Shown: positions 31,291 to 39,575 of the stretch, one piece after another
Layout of the letters: every line of letters begins with the position of its first letter
Numbering within the stretch: position 1 is the stretch's first letter
Source of the DNA: Candidatus Latescibacterota bacterium
GTDB taxonomy: Bacteria; Latescibacterota; UBA2968
Reading direction: 5' to 3'
NCBI GenBank assembly: GCA_965204745.1
Contig: OZ242010.1
Span: 1,856,001 to 1,920,000 of the forward strand
Length of the DNA: 64,000 nt
Position numbers and translations under genes: made by a program
Notes under the pieces: model-generated
What the model saw: the letters and a program-made list of their open reading frames with translations, nothing else
What the model was told of the DNA's origin: nothing
The model's database searches: none

Positions 31291-32466
31291 GGCGTTGTTG
31301 CATAAATGTTGTCGTGGCGAAGTTCGTCCCTTTCCCGCGAGATTTAAGCCCTTCTTTCTATGGGATAGGACACGGGTTTCGCGATCCTCATCATGCGATT
31401 GAGCACCGCACATCCCAACAGTGCTTCCGTTTCTTGGTTCTTCTGATTTCGTGCGCGCAACTGCCGCCCAATGAGTTGCTTATAGCGGCCTATGTGGGTT
31501 TCAACGACCGAGCGACGATGATAGCCACTGGTGCGTTTCCACTTTCGGCGGCCTTGACGCCGGATGGCTCGGATGATTTCATCGCGGGCGAGGGGGGGCG
31601 CCTTCCTGTTTCCGTGTTGTTCAATTTTCGCGTCATGGCGCGGGGGAATCAGAGGTCGGATGGGGGCTCCTTGTTTGGGGGCGGCGCATGTGTTGAAGAC
31701 CTTGCGTTTGTCATAGCCGCCATCTGCGCCCAGCGTATGGACAGGGGCCGGGACTTGATCGAGCAAGGGGTTGACCTGCGAAGCGTCATCAACGCTTGCC
31801 GAAGTCAGGGTCTGTGCGACAAGCTCCCCGGTGGCCGCATTGACGCCGATGTGCAATTTGCGCCAAGTCCTGCGCTTGCAAAAGCCGTGTTGACGCACCT
31901 TCCATTCCCCTTCGCCATACCCTTTCAGGCCGGTAGAATCCACCACTAAGTGGATCGGCGCGTGACGGGATTGGACAGGTAAATCCACATTCAAATCGCC
32001 CTGGCGCCGGCAGAGGGTCGTGTGATCGGGCACGCGCAAAGCCACCCCCATCAACGCCAGGATGGACTTGAGAAACCCCTCGGTTTGACGCAGGGGCAAG
32101 GCATAGACCAAGCGCAACATCAATGCCGTTTGAATAGCCAAATCTGAAAAGGTGTTTTGCCTCCCCCGTTGCGTTGGCCCTTGATGGTACCACCCCCGAA
32201 GGGCTTGCGGCGTAATCCAAAACGTCAGACTGCCCCGTTGCTTGAGACCGGCCTCATAGGCCGCCCAGTTCCTAACCCGATAGACAGGCGCACAGCGCGG
32301 GCGACGCGGGGACTTGACGGCGGTCTTGGAAGCGGCTATCTTGGGCATGACAGGTTCCTGGTGAGAAAGGGTGAGTGGTTTTGGTGATCTATATGCCCAA
32401 TCTACGAAGGAGCCTGTCTTTTTGCAATCCCAACTTGGAGGCAATAGCTATTTATGCAACAACGCC
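31291..32466 (-). mobile_element. IS5-family (IS903 group) element
   Basis: 17-bp IR GGCGTTGTTGCATAAAT; 9-bp TSD GTTGTCAGT. Confidence 0.92.
31344..32348 (-). CDS. IS5/IS903-group transposase
   Basis: YRVRNWAAYEAGLKQRGSLTFW, VDSTGLK, WRKLH, ADGGYD, GYHRRSVVET. Confidence 0.93.
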   Translation of the reverse strand: MPKIAASKTAVKSPRRPRCAPVYRVRNWAAYEAGLKQRGSLTFWITPQALRGWYHQGPTQRGRQNTFSDLAIQTALMLRLVYALPLRQTEGFLKSILALMGVALRVPDHTTLCRRQGDLNVDLPVQSRHAPIHLVVDSTGLKGYGEGEWKVRQHGFCKRRTWRKLHIGVNAATGELVAQTLTSASVDDASQVNPLLDQVPAPVHTLGADGGYDKRKVFNTCAAPKQGAPIRPLIPPRHDAKIEQHGNRKAPPLARDEIIRAIRRQGRRKWKRTSGYHRRSVVETHIGRYKQLIGRQLRARNQKNQETEALLGCAVLNRMMRIAKPVSYPIERRA

Positions 32467-32525
32467 GTTGTCAGTAGTCAGTTGTCAGTTGTCAGTTGTC
32501 AGTCCCCACCCAACCGCCCAACCAC

Positions 32526-32654
32526 TTAGTTGGGATAAATCCAGCGGTCTTTCCATTGCCGCAGGCGGTGGAACTGCTGTTGTACTTTGCAGTAGCGGCT
32601 CAGGATTTCGATGACCCGCAAGCGCAACATGAATTTGTGAAATTCCTCTTGCAT
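32526..32654 (-). CDS. Unannotated 42-aa small protein MQEEFHKFMLRLRVIEILSRYCKVQQQFHRLRQWKDRWIYPN
   Basis: TAAGGAGG RBS just upstream of the ATG; lies in otherwise non-coding space; below the ORF-track cutoff. Confidence 0.55.
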   Translation of the reverse strand: MQEEFHKFMLRLRVIEILSRYCKVQQQFHRLRQWKDRWIYPN

Positions 32655-32860
32655 GACGCCTCCTTATGTCCCCTTCCCGATCTGGGGAGGGGAGATTTTT
32701 TTAGAAAAAAGAAAGTCTTTATTCCCCCAACCGCCCGTGCGTGCCCGTCCTCTCCACCTCTCCACCCGTGCGTGCCCAACACGGCCCCGCCCGTGCGTTC
32801 TCTTTTTGTCTTCGGTGTTTATCTATTGGGGCCTACAACGAAGCGGAGCGAGTAACGAGG

Positions 32861-34273
32861 TTAGGGGGATAGGTCCCTTTTGCTCCGGTCCGATTCTCGG
32901 TACCGATTCAGGAGATCGAGCAATTCTGCGGCGATCTCCGGTTTTTCGCGGTACAGGTTGTGCTGTTCCTCTGCGTCGCGGGCCATGTCGTAGAGTTGCA
33001 TGGGGGGCGCGTCTGCGGGCACATCTGCTTCTTTCAAACTCCAGCCGCCGGAACCGCGGCAGGCCACCAATTTCCACTGATCCTTGCGAATCGCAAATTC
33101 CCCGCTGATCGAATGATGTACAGTTGCCTCCCGAATCGTCTCGTCCTGCGCGCCCCGCATATACGGCGAGATGTCGTAGCTGTCTTCCCCTGCATCCCGC
33201 GGCAGATCGACGTTGCAAATCCCTGCGGCAGTTGCCAGCAAGTCCGTCAAGCACACGGTCTTGTCGCATTTTGACCCCGGCGCGATCACCCCCGGCCATG
33301 ACGCGATAAACGGGATGCGATGCCCGCCATCCCACGCATCGGATTTTTGCCCGCGGTAGATGTAATTTCCCAAGTGATCGTACTTCTCTTCCAGCCCTAT
33401 CGGCTCGGTGTGGCAACCGTTGTCGCTCGTCACAATAATCAGCGTATTCTCCGCCAAGCCATTGCGCCTTATCGCCGACACAATGCGCCCGATGCTCCAG
33501 TCGTGCTCGGTGACGTAATCGCCGTATTCGCCCGCCCGACTGCGCCCGGCAAACCGGTCGCGTGCAAAATGCGGCGTGTGTGGCGATGGCGCGGGAAAGT
33601 ACAAGAAGAACGGCTCGCCACCATTTTCCCTCGCGTGCTGATGGATAAACCCCTCGGCGCGAATCGTCAGTTCCAGCAAACACGTCTCGTGCGAAAACCC
33701 GGGCGCGCACGCACCCCCGCGCCAAAATGCGGGCCGGGGCGATCCCGCGATCTCCTCAACCGGTTGCTCCACCACCACTCCGTCTTCGATATAACAATAC
33801 GGCGGCATATCTAGAGACGCGGGAATGATGAACGAATAATCAAAGCCCACCTCGCGCGGGCCATGCGCCAAGGGCGCGGAAAAATCCACTGTTTCCCCGT
33901 TCACGGCCTCGGCCCCAACTTTCACCTGCCAGCCCAATCCCAAATGCCACTTGCCCACGCACGCCGTCGTATAGCCCTGCTCGCGCAACAGGGATGGCAC
34001 GGTCATGCGTCCAGCTTCGATCAGGGGTTCGGAATAGCCATTCAAAACCCCGCGCTTCAACCGCGACCGCCAGCAATAACGCCCGGTCAAAACGCCGTAG
34101 CGCGTGGGCGTACACACCGCCGAGTTGCTGTGTGCATCCGTAAAAATCATCCCTTCGGACGCCAGTTGGTCCGCGTGTGGCGTTGGAATTTTCGACTCGG
34201 GATTCAAATAACTCACATCGCCATAGCCCCAGTCATCGGCCAACAAATAGATAATATTTGGCTTGCGTGCCAT
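32861..34273 (-). CDS. Arylsulfatase (FGly-dependent, Cys-type)
   Basis: PNIIYLLADD, CTPTR, GKWHLG, SDNG; GGAGG RBS. Confidence 0.93.
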   Translation of the reverse strand: MARKPNIIYLLADDWGYGDVSYLNPESKIPTPHADQLASEGMIFTDAHSNSAVCTPTRYGVLTGRYCWRSRLKRGVLNGYSEPLIEAGRMTVPSLLREQGYTTACVGKWHLGLGWQVKVGAEAVNGETVDFSAPLAHGPREVGFDYSFIIPASLDMPPYCYIEDGVVVEQPVEEIAGSPRPAFWRGGACAPGFSHETCLLELTIRAEGFIHQHARENGGEPFFLYFPAPSPHTPHFARDRFAGRSRAGEYGDYVTEHDWSIGRIVSAIRRNGLAENTLIIVTSDNGCHTEPIGLEEKYDHLGNYIYRGQKSDAWDGGHRIPFIASWPGVIAPGSKCDKTVCLTDLLATAAGICNVDLPRDAGEDSYDISPYMRGAQDETIREATVHHSISGEFAIRKDQWKLVACRGSGGWSLKEADVPADAPPMQLYDMARDAEEQHNLYREKPEIAAELLDLLNRYRESDRSKRDLSP

Positions 34274-34314
34274 GCCAATTTCCTCCATGATATTTTGTTC
34301 ACTGCGCTTGTATC

Positions 34315-34343
34315 ATAATACATTCATCGCTTGCTGTTCACAA
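34315..34343 (-). promoter_or_regulatory. Possible sigma70 promoter for the sulfatase
   Basis: TTGTGA-17 bp-TATTAT on the minus strand. Confidence 0.4.
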
Positions 34344-34384
34344 GTTTCATTCCAATCGCCCCGTCCATTTCAGAGGCTTATGCC

Positions 34385-36823
34385 ATGGTTCTCACAGATG
34401 CCAGCGTTAGGCGGTCAGTCGCGGGAAAATGTCCCGTCCTGCTCGCTTGCTTACCGCTGCTCCTCGCGCTGTCAACGGTCTTTGTTTTTGGCCATGACCT
34501 GCGAAGCCACATAGAGCGTTCTTATAGTCACTCTGCCTTTACGCAGCATAAAATGACGATAGCCGCCAATCTGTCTTTGGATCACAACTTTCTGATGTTC
34601 TATGCCCAAACGCTCGAGGCAGATGGCACGGTTTCTTACGAACCGTATAATCGCCATCCCATAGGTGGTTATGTGCTCATCGTGCTGGCTATCCTGCCCT
34701 TTGGCGATGACTTGGCAGCCCAACTCTATGCGGCAAGGACGCTGATGTTGCTGTGCTTTGTTGCCACAGCACTGCTGGCGTATCTCTGCCTTTGCCGGCT
34801 GACACATCATCCATGGATCGCCGCAACCGCGACGCTCTTGGCATTTTCATCGTTCTATTGCTTGTTCTACAGCGATATGGTGGATAATGTATTGGGGATC
34901 GATCTGCTCGGGGTGATGCTGACTTTTCACGGGATGGTCATTTTCATTCGTGAGGGTCGCTTTCGGCAACTGCTGGTCAAGACGTGCATCGCGCTGTTTT
35001 TGGGCTGGCATGTCTATGCGTTGCTGTTGCCCTTTATCACACTCGGAGTGGCGCGAGAATGCCGAGGCAAGAGGCAAGAGGCAAGAGGCAAGAGGCAAGA
35101 GGCAAGAGGCAAGAGGCAAGAGGCGCGTTTAGCCCCTTGCAAGTTGAAATGCTACTTCCTGCTTCGCAGTCGCTATGTGTTGCTCGGCATTGTCGCATTG
35201 CTTTTGGGGTTGTCCTTGTTGACCTTTAATTTTGTCAATGAATACGTCGCGCTGAAAGGTGAGAAATCCCTGACGGAATTACCGTCTTTCCGGTCTATGA
35301 TATATCGCACGGGAATGGGTACCCAAGAAAATAGACCCCAGAACCCCTTGAAGTTGGGATTTTTCCTGCTAGGTCAATTTTCTCGCATTGGTGGGATGTC
35401 AACGCCGTATTTCATCCTGCCCTACCTCGGCGTGCCTAAGCCACCGAACTCTTACGTGCCGTTGTCCGTTGGTGTAGGCATTGGGGTGTTTGTTTCATGT
35501 CTGTTTGGGGTGTATTTCACGCGCCCGCGAATCCTTTGGGCGACCTTGGGTCTGTTTGGCTTCTGTTGGGCATTGCCCATGCGCCATCAAGTTAAACCGA
35601 ATGGGCATGAATTCGAGAGCGTATTTTACATCGGCCTGCCCCTGGTCTTCTTCTCGCTTATTCTGCTGTGCCTATCCCGCCGCTTCAAGACCCCGCCTTT
35701 GATGGTCGGCTTTGCGGGTGCTGCCCTGATCGTCTTTGTGCTTTCCAGTTTTCAGATGAGCCATTTCTATGCCCCCGATGCGACGCAACGCCAAAAGGTC
35801 GAACTGGCAGACGCGACAGCCATCCGCCGGTTAACGGCAGATGGCGACCTCATTTTTGTGCCGTTCTATGACTCACTTGATTCCATGCTATTATGGCAGA
35901 AGTTACGTTACTATTTGACGCGGAGGATCATTCATCCTCATTCTCTCACCGCAGAGGGCTTCACGGTGATGTTTGATCGCCTGGACACTGTACCCCCCTC
36001 GAGAGGGGCAAAACTTCCCGTGAAGACAGACGCGTTGCTCACGCCGAAAAACGAGCAGATATTCCTCTATGACTCCAAGAAATTGCTCGAGGAGTATCGG
36101 TATAAATATCAATGGGTCGTATCTGGCGAGTTGGTGGCGCGGTCAACCTTTGATGTGTATCGCGACGAGCATGTGTTGCATTACGTCAAAACGCCCTGTT
36201 CTGACGCGGACATGCAGACCGAATTCTTCTTGCACCTCTTTCCGGCAGACGAGAGATCTATTGCCTTCCACCGCAGGTGGCTTGGATATGACAACGAGGG
36301 CTTTAAGTTTTATGACCGCGGTTTGCGATTCGACGATAAATGCTTGGCGAGCATCGCGCTTCCGCACTACGATATCGCCCGGATTGAAACCGGGCCACTT
36401 CCCCCGGTCAAAGCAAGCAAAGAACGCGCTGATCATCCCGGGAGGCTCAAAGCGTATCGACAGGCATATCAACGGGCCGTGTCTGGTGAGCCTGTGGCGC
36501 GGTCAATTTTCGATGTGTATCGCGATGAGCGCACGTTGTATTACGTCAAAAGTCCCTGTTCTGATGCGGACGTGAAATTTCGATTCTTCTTACACCTCTT
36601 TCCCGCAGACGCGAAGGAGCTTCCCAGCCACCGCAGGCAGTATGGATATGACAACTACGACTTTGATTTTTCTTCGTACGGCCTGCGGTTCGATGACAAA
36701 TGCTTGGCGGGCATCGCGCTTCCGCACTATGCCATCGCTCGTATTGAAACGGGGCGGGTCCACTGGAACAGCGGCGGCAACCACTGGGAGGCTAAAATTT
36801 TTCTCGACGAACAGTCAAAGTAG
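34385..36823 (+). CDS. Array paralog 1: polytopic GT-C-like membrane protein with 2 C-terminal repeat domains
   Basis: About 10-12 hydrophobic segments; YNRHP loop; ATG 34385 with GAGG RBS; contains a GAGGCAA tract and a 39-bp insertion. Confidence 0.75.
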   Translation: MVLTDASVRRSVAGKCPVLLACLPLLLALSTVFVFGHDLRSHIERSYSHSAFTQHKMTIAANLSLDHNFLMFYAQTLEADGTVSYEPYNRHPIGGYVLIVLAILPFGDDLAAQLYAARTLMLLCFVATALLAYLCLCRLTHHPWIAATATLLAFSSFYCLFYSDMVDNVLGIDLLGVMLTFHGMVIFIREGRFRQLLVKTCIALFLGWHVYALLLPFITLGVARECRGKRQEARGKRQEARGKRQEARLAPCKLKCYFLLRSRYVLLGIVALLLGLSLLTFNFVNEYVALKGEKSLTELPSFRSMIYRTGMGTQENRPQNPLKLGFFLLGQFSRIGGMSTPYFILPYLGVPKPPNSYVPLSVGVGIGVFVSCLFGVYFTRPRILWATLGLFGFCWALPMRHQVKPNGHEFESVFYIGLPLVFFSLILLCLSRRFKTPPLMVGFAGAALIVFVLSSFQMSHFYAPDATQRQKVELADATAIRRLTADGDLIFVPFYDSLDSMLLWQKLRYYLTRRIIHPHSLTAEGFTVMFDRLDTVPPSRGAKLPVKTDALLTPKNEQIFLYDSKKLLEEYRYKYQWVVSGELVARSTFDVYRDEHVLHYVKTPCSDADMQTEFFLHLFPADERSIAFHRRWLGYDNEGFKFYDRGLRFDDKCLASIALPHYDIARIETGPLPPVKASKERADHPGRLKAYRQAYQRAVSGEPVARSIFDVYRDERTLYYVKSPCSDADVKFRFFLHLFPADAKELPSHRRQYGYDNYDFDFSSYGLRFDDKCLAGIALPHYAIARIETGRVHWNSGGNHWEAKIFLDEQSK
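35064..35124. repeat. (GAGGCAA)8 + GAGGC intragenic heptamer tract
   Basis: Counted directly; translates GKRQEAR repeats; absent from the other 11 copies. Confidence 0.95.
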
Positions 36824-36852
36824 ATCCCCTATCCATTTCAGAGGCTTAGGCC

Positions 36853-39546
36853 ATGATTCTCATTCCATCGGAAGCAAGCGTTAGGCGGTCAGTGGTGGGC
36901 AAACGTCCCGTTTTGCTCGCATGCTTACCACTTCTCCTCGCGCTGTCAACGGTCTTTGTTTTTGGGCATGACCTGCGAAGTCACATAGAGCGTTCTCATA
37001 CTCACTCTATCCCTACGCATCATAGAATGGCGATAGCCGCCAATCTGTCTTTGGATCACAACTTCTTGCAGTTCTATCTCCAAACGCTCGAGGCAGATGG
37101 CACGGTTTCTTACGAACCGTATAATCGCTTTCCCATAGGTGGGCATGGGCTCATTGCGCTGGCTATCCTGCCCTTTGGCGATGACTTGGCAAGCCAACTC
37201 TATGCGGCCAGGACCCTGATGTTGCTGTGCTTTGTTGCCACAGCACTGCTGGCGTATCTCTGCCTTTGCCGGCTGACACATCATCCATGGATCGCCGCAA
37301 CCGCGACGCTCTTGGCGTTCTCATCGTTCTATTGCTTGTTCTATAGCGATATGGTGCATAATGAAGCGGGGATCGATCTGCTCGGGGTGATGCTGACCTT
37401 CCACGGGATGGTCATTTTCTTATGTGAGGGGCGTTTTCGGCAACTGCTGGTCAAGACGTGCATCGCGCTGTTTTTGGGCTGGCATGTCTATGCGTTGCTG
37501 TTGCCCTTTATCGCGCTCGGAGTGGTGCGCGAATGCCTCCACATGCGTTCAGTCCCTTTCAAGTTGAAGTGCTCCTGCCTGCTTCGCAGTCGCTATGTGT
37601 TGCTCGGCATTGTCGCATTGCTGTTTGGTTTGTCCTTATTGGCCTTTAATTTTGTCAATGAATACGTCGCGCTGAAAGGTGAGAAATCCCTGACGGAATT
37701 ACCGTCTTTCCGGTCTATGATATATCGCACGGGAATGGGTACCCCAGAAGATCGCCCTTCGCGCCCCTTGAAGTGGGATTCCTTCCTGCGAGGTCAATTC
37801 TCTCGCATTGGTGGGATGTCAACGCCGTATTTTATTTTTCCCTGCTTTGGCGTGCTTAGGCCACCGCAATCTTACGTGCCCTTGTCCGTTGGTGTGGGCA
37901 TTGGGGTGTCTATTGCGTGTCTGTTTGGGGTGTATTTCACGCGCCCGAGAATCCTTTGGGCGACCTTGATTCTGTTTGGCTTCTGTTGGACATTGCCCAT
38001 ACGCCATAACGTTAAAATGCTTGGCCATGAATTCGAGAGCGTGTTTTACATCGGCCTGCCCCTGGTCTTCTTCTCGCTTATTCTGCTGTGTCTATCCCGA
38101 CGCTTCAAGACCCCTCCCTTGATGGTCGGCTTTGCGGGTGTTGCGCTGATCATCTTTGTGCTTTCCAGTTTTCAGATGAGCCATTTCTATGCCCCCGATG
38201 CGACGCAACGCCAAAAGGTCGAGCTATCGGACATTGCAGCCATCCGCCGGTTAACGGCAGATGGCGACCTCATTTTTGTGCCGTTCTATGACCCACCTGA
38301 TTTAAATCGGACGTCGCGAGCTTACGAGAGGGCGAAGAGAAATTACTATTGGTCGCGGAGGATCATTCACACTCATTCTCTCCCCGCAGAGGGCTTCACG
38401 ATGATGTACGATCGTCTGGAGACAGACGCACTGCTCACGCCGAAAAACGAGCGGATATTTCTTTATGACTCCAAGAAATTGCTCAAAGCGTATCGGCAGG
38501 CAGTCGTGTCTGGCGAGCTCGTGGCGCGGTCAACCTTTGATGTGTATCGCGATGAGCGTGCGGTGCATTACGTCAAAAGTCCCTGTTCTGACGCGGACAT
38601 GCAGACCAAATTCTTCTTGCACATCTTTCCGACAGACGCGAGATCGATTCCCGTCCGCTGCAGGTGGCTTGGATATGACAACGAGGTCTTTAAGTTTCAG
38701 GATCGCGGTCTGCGGTTCGATGACAAATGCTTGGCGAGCATCGCGCTTCCGCACTACGATATCGCCCGGATTGAAACCGGGTCACTTTCCCGCGATTCCG
38801 ATCCAGAGCGGCTCGAGGTGTATCGGCAGGCATATCAGCGGGTCGTGTCTGGCGAGGTGGTGGCGCGGTCAACCTTCGATGTGTATCGCGATGAGCGCAC
38901 GTTGTATTACGTCAAAAGTCCCTGTTCTGATGCGGACGTGAAATTTCGATTCTTCTTGCACATCTTTCCCGCAGACGCGAAGGAGCTTCCCGTCCATCGC
39001 AGGCCGTATGGATATGACAACTACGACTTTGATTTTTCTTCGCAAGGTCAGCGGTTCGATGACAAATGCTTGGCGGGCATCGCGCTTCCGCATTACGATA
39101 TCGCCCGGATTGAAACCGGGCCACTTTCCCCCGGTCAAAGCAATGAACGCGCTGATGATCCCGGCAGGCTCGAGGTGTATCGGCAGGTTTATCAACGGGT
39201 CGTGTCTGGCGTGCCTGTGGCGCGGTCAATTTTCGATGTGTATCGCGATGAGCGCACATTGTATTACGTCAAAAGTCCCTGTTCTGATGCGGATGTGAAA
39301 TTACAATTCTTCTTACACCTCTTTCCGGCAGACGCGAAGGAGCTTCCCAGCCGTCGCTGGCAGTGGGGGTATAACAACGACAACTTTTCTTTTGTTGATC
39401 AAGGTCAGCGGTTCGATGACAAATGCTTGGCGAGCATCGCGCTTCCGCACTATGCCATCGCTCGTATTGAAACGGGTCAGTTCCATTGGAACAGCGGTGG
39501 CAAACACTGGGAGGCTAAAATTTTTTTCGACGAACAATCAAAGTAG
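36853..39546 (+). CDS. Array paralog 2 (3 C-terminal domains)
   Basis: 897 aa; three FDVYRD..PCS..FFLH..KCL..LPHY units. Confidence 0.75.
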   Translation: MILIPSEASVRRSVVGKRPVLLACLPLLLALSTVFVFGHDLRSHIERSHTHSIPTHHRMAIAANLSLDHNFLQFYLQTLEADGTVSYEPYNRFPIGGHGLIALAILPFGDDLASQLYAARTLMLLCFVATALLAYLCLCRLTHHPWIAATATLLAFSSFYCLFYSDMVHNEAGIDLLGVMLTFHGMVIFLCEGRFRQLLVKTCIALFLGWHVYALLLPFIALGVVRECLHMRSVPFKLKCSCLLRSRYVLLGIVALLFGLSLLAFNFVNEYVALKGEKSLTELPSFRSMIYRTGMGTPEDRPSRPLKWDSFLRGQFSRIGGMSTPYFIFPCFGVLRPPQSYVPLSVGVGIGVSIACLFGVYFTRPRILWATLILFGFCWTLPIRHNVKMLGHEFESVFYIGLPLVFFSLILLCLSRRFKTPPLMVGFAGVALIIFVLSSFQMSHFYAPDATQRQKVELSDIAAIRRLTADGDLIFVPFYDPPDLNRTSRAYERAKRNYYWSRRIIHTHSLPAEGFTMMYDRLETDALLTPKNERIFLYDSKKLLKAYRQAVVSGELVARSTFDVYRDERAVHYVKSPCSDADMQTKFFLHIFPTDARSIPVRCRWLGYDNEVFKFQDRGLRFDDKCLASIALPHYDIARIETGSLSRDSDPERLEVYRQAYQRVVSGEVVARSTFDVYRDERTLYYVKSPCSDADVKFRFFLHIFPADAKELPVHRRPYGYDNYDFDFSSQGQRFDDKCLAGIALPHYDIARIETGPLSPGQSNERADDPGRLEVYRQVYQRVVSGVPVARSIFDVYRDERTLYYVKSPCSDADVKLQFFLHLFPADAKELPSRRWQWGYNNDNFSFVDQGQRFDDKCLASIALPHYAIARIETGQFHWNSGGKHWEAKIFFDEQSK

Positions 39547-39575
39547 ATCCCCTATCCATTTGGGAGGCTTAGGCC

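Larger units (their letters stand above)
29971..32503. repeat. (CAGTTGT)n heptamer array, ~53 units in three blocks split by two IS elements
   Basis: ~9 units 29971-30035, 39 units 31018-31290, ~5 units 32467-32503. Confidence 0.95.

Noticed and set aside
30370-31949. ORFs with CQLSVVS repeats
   Set aside because: Translations of the CAGTTGT tract joined to antisense IS sequence
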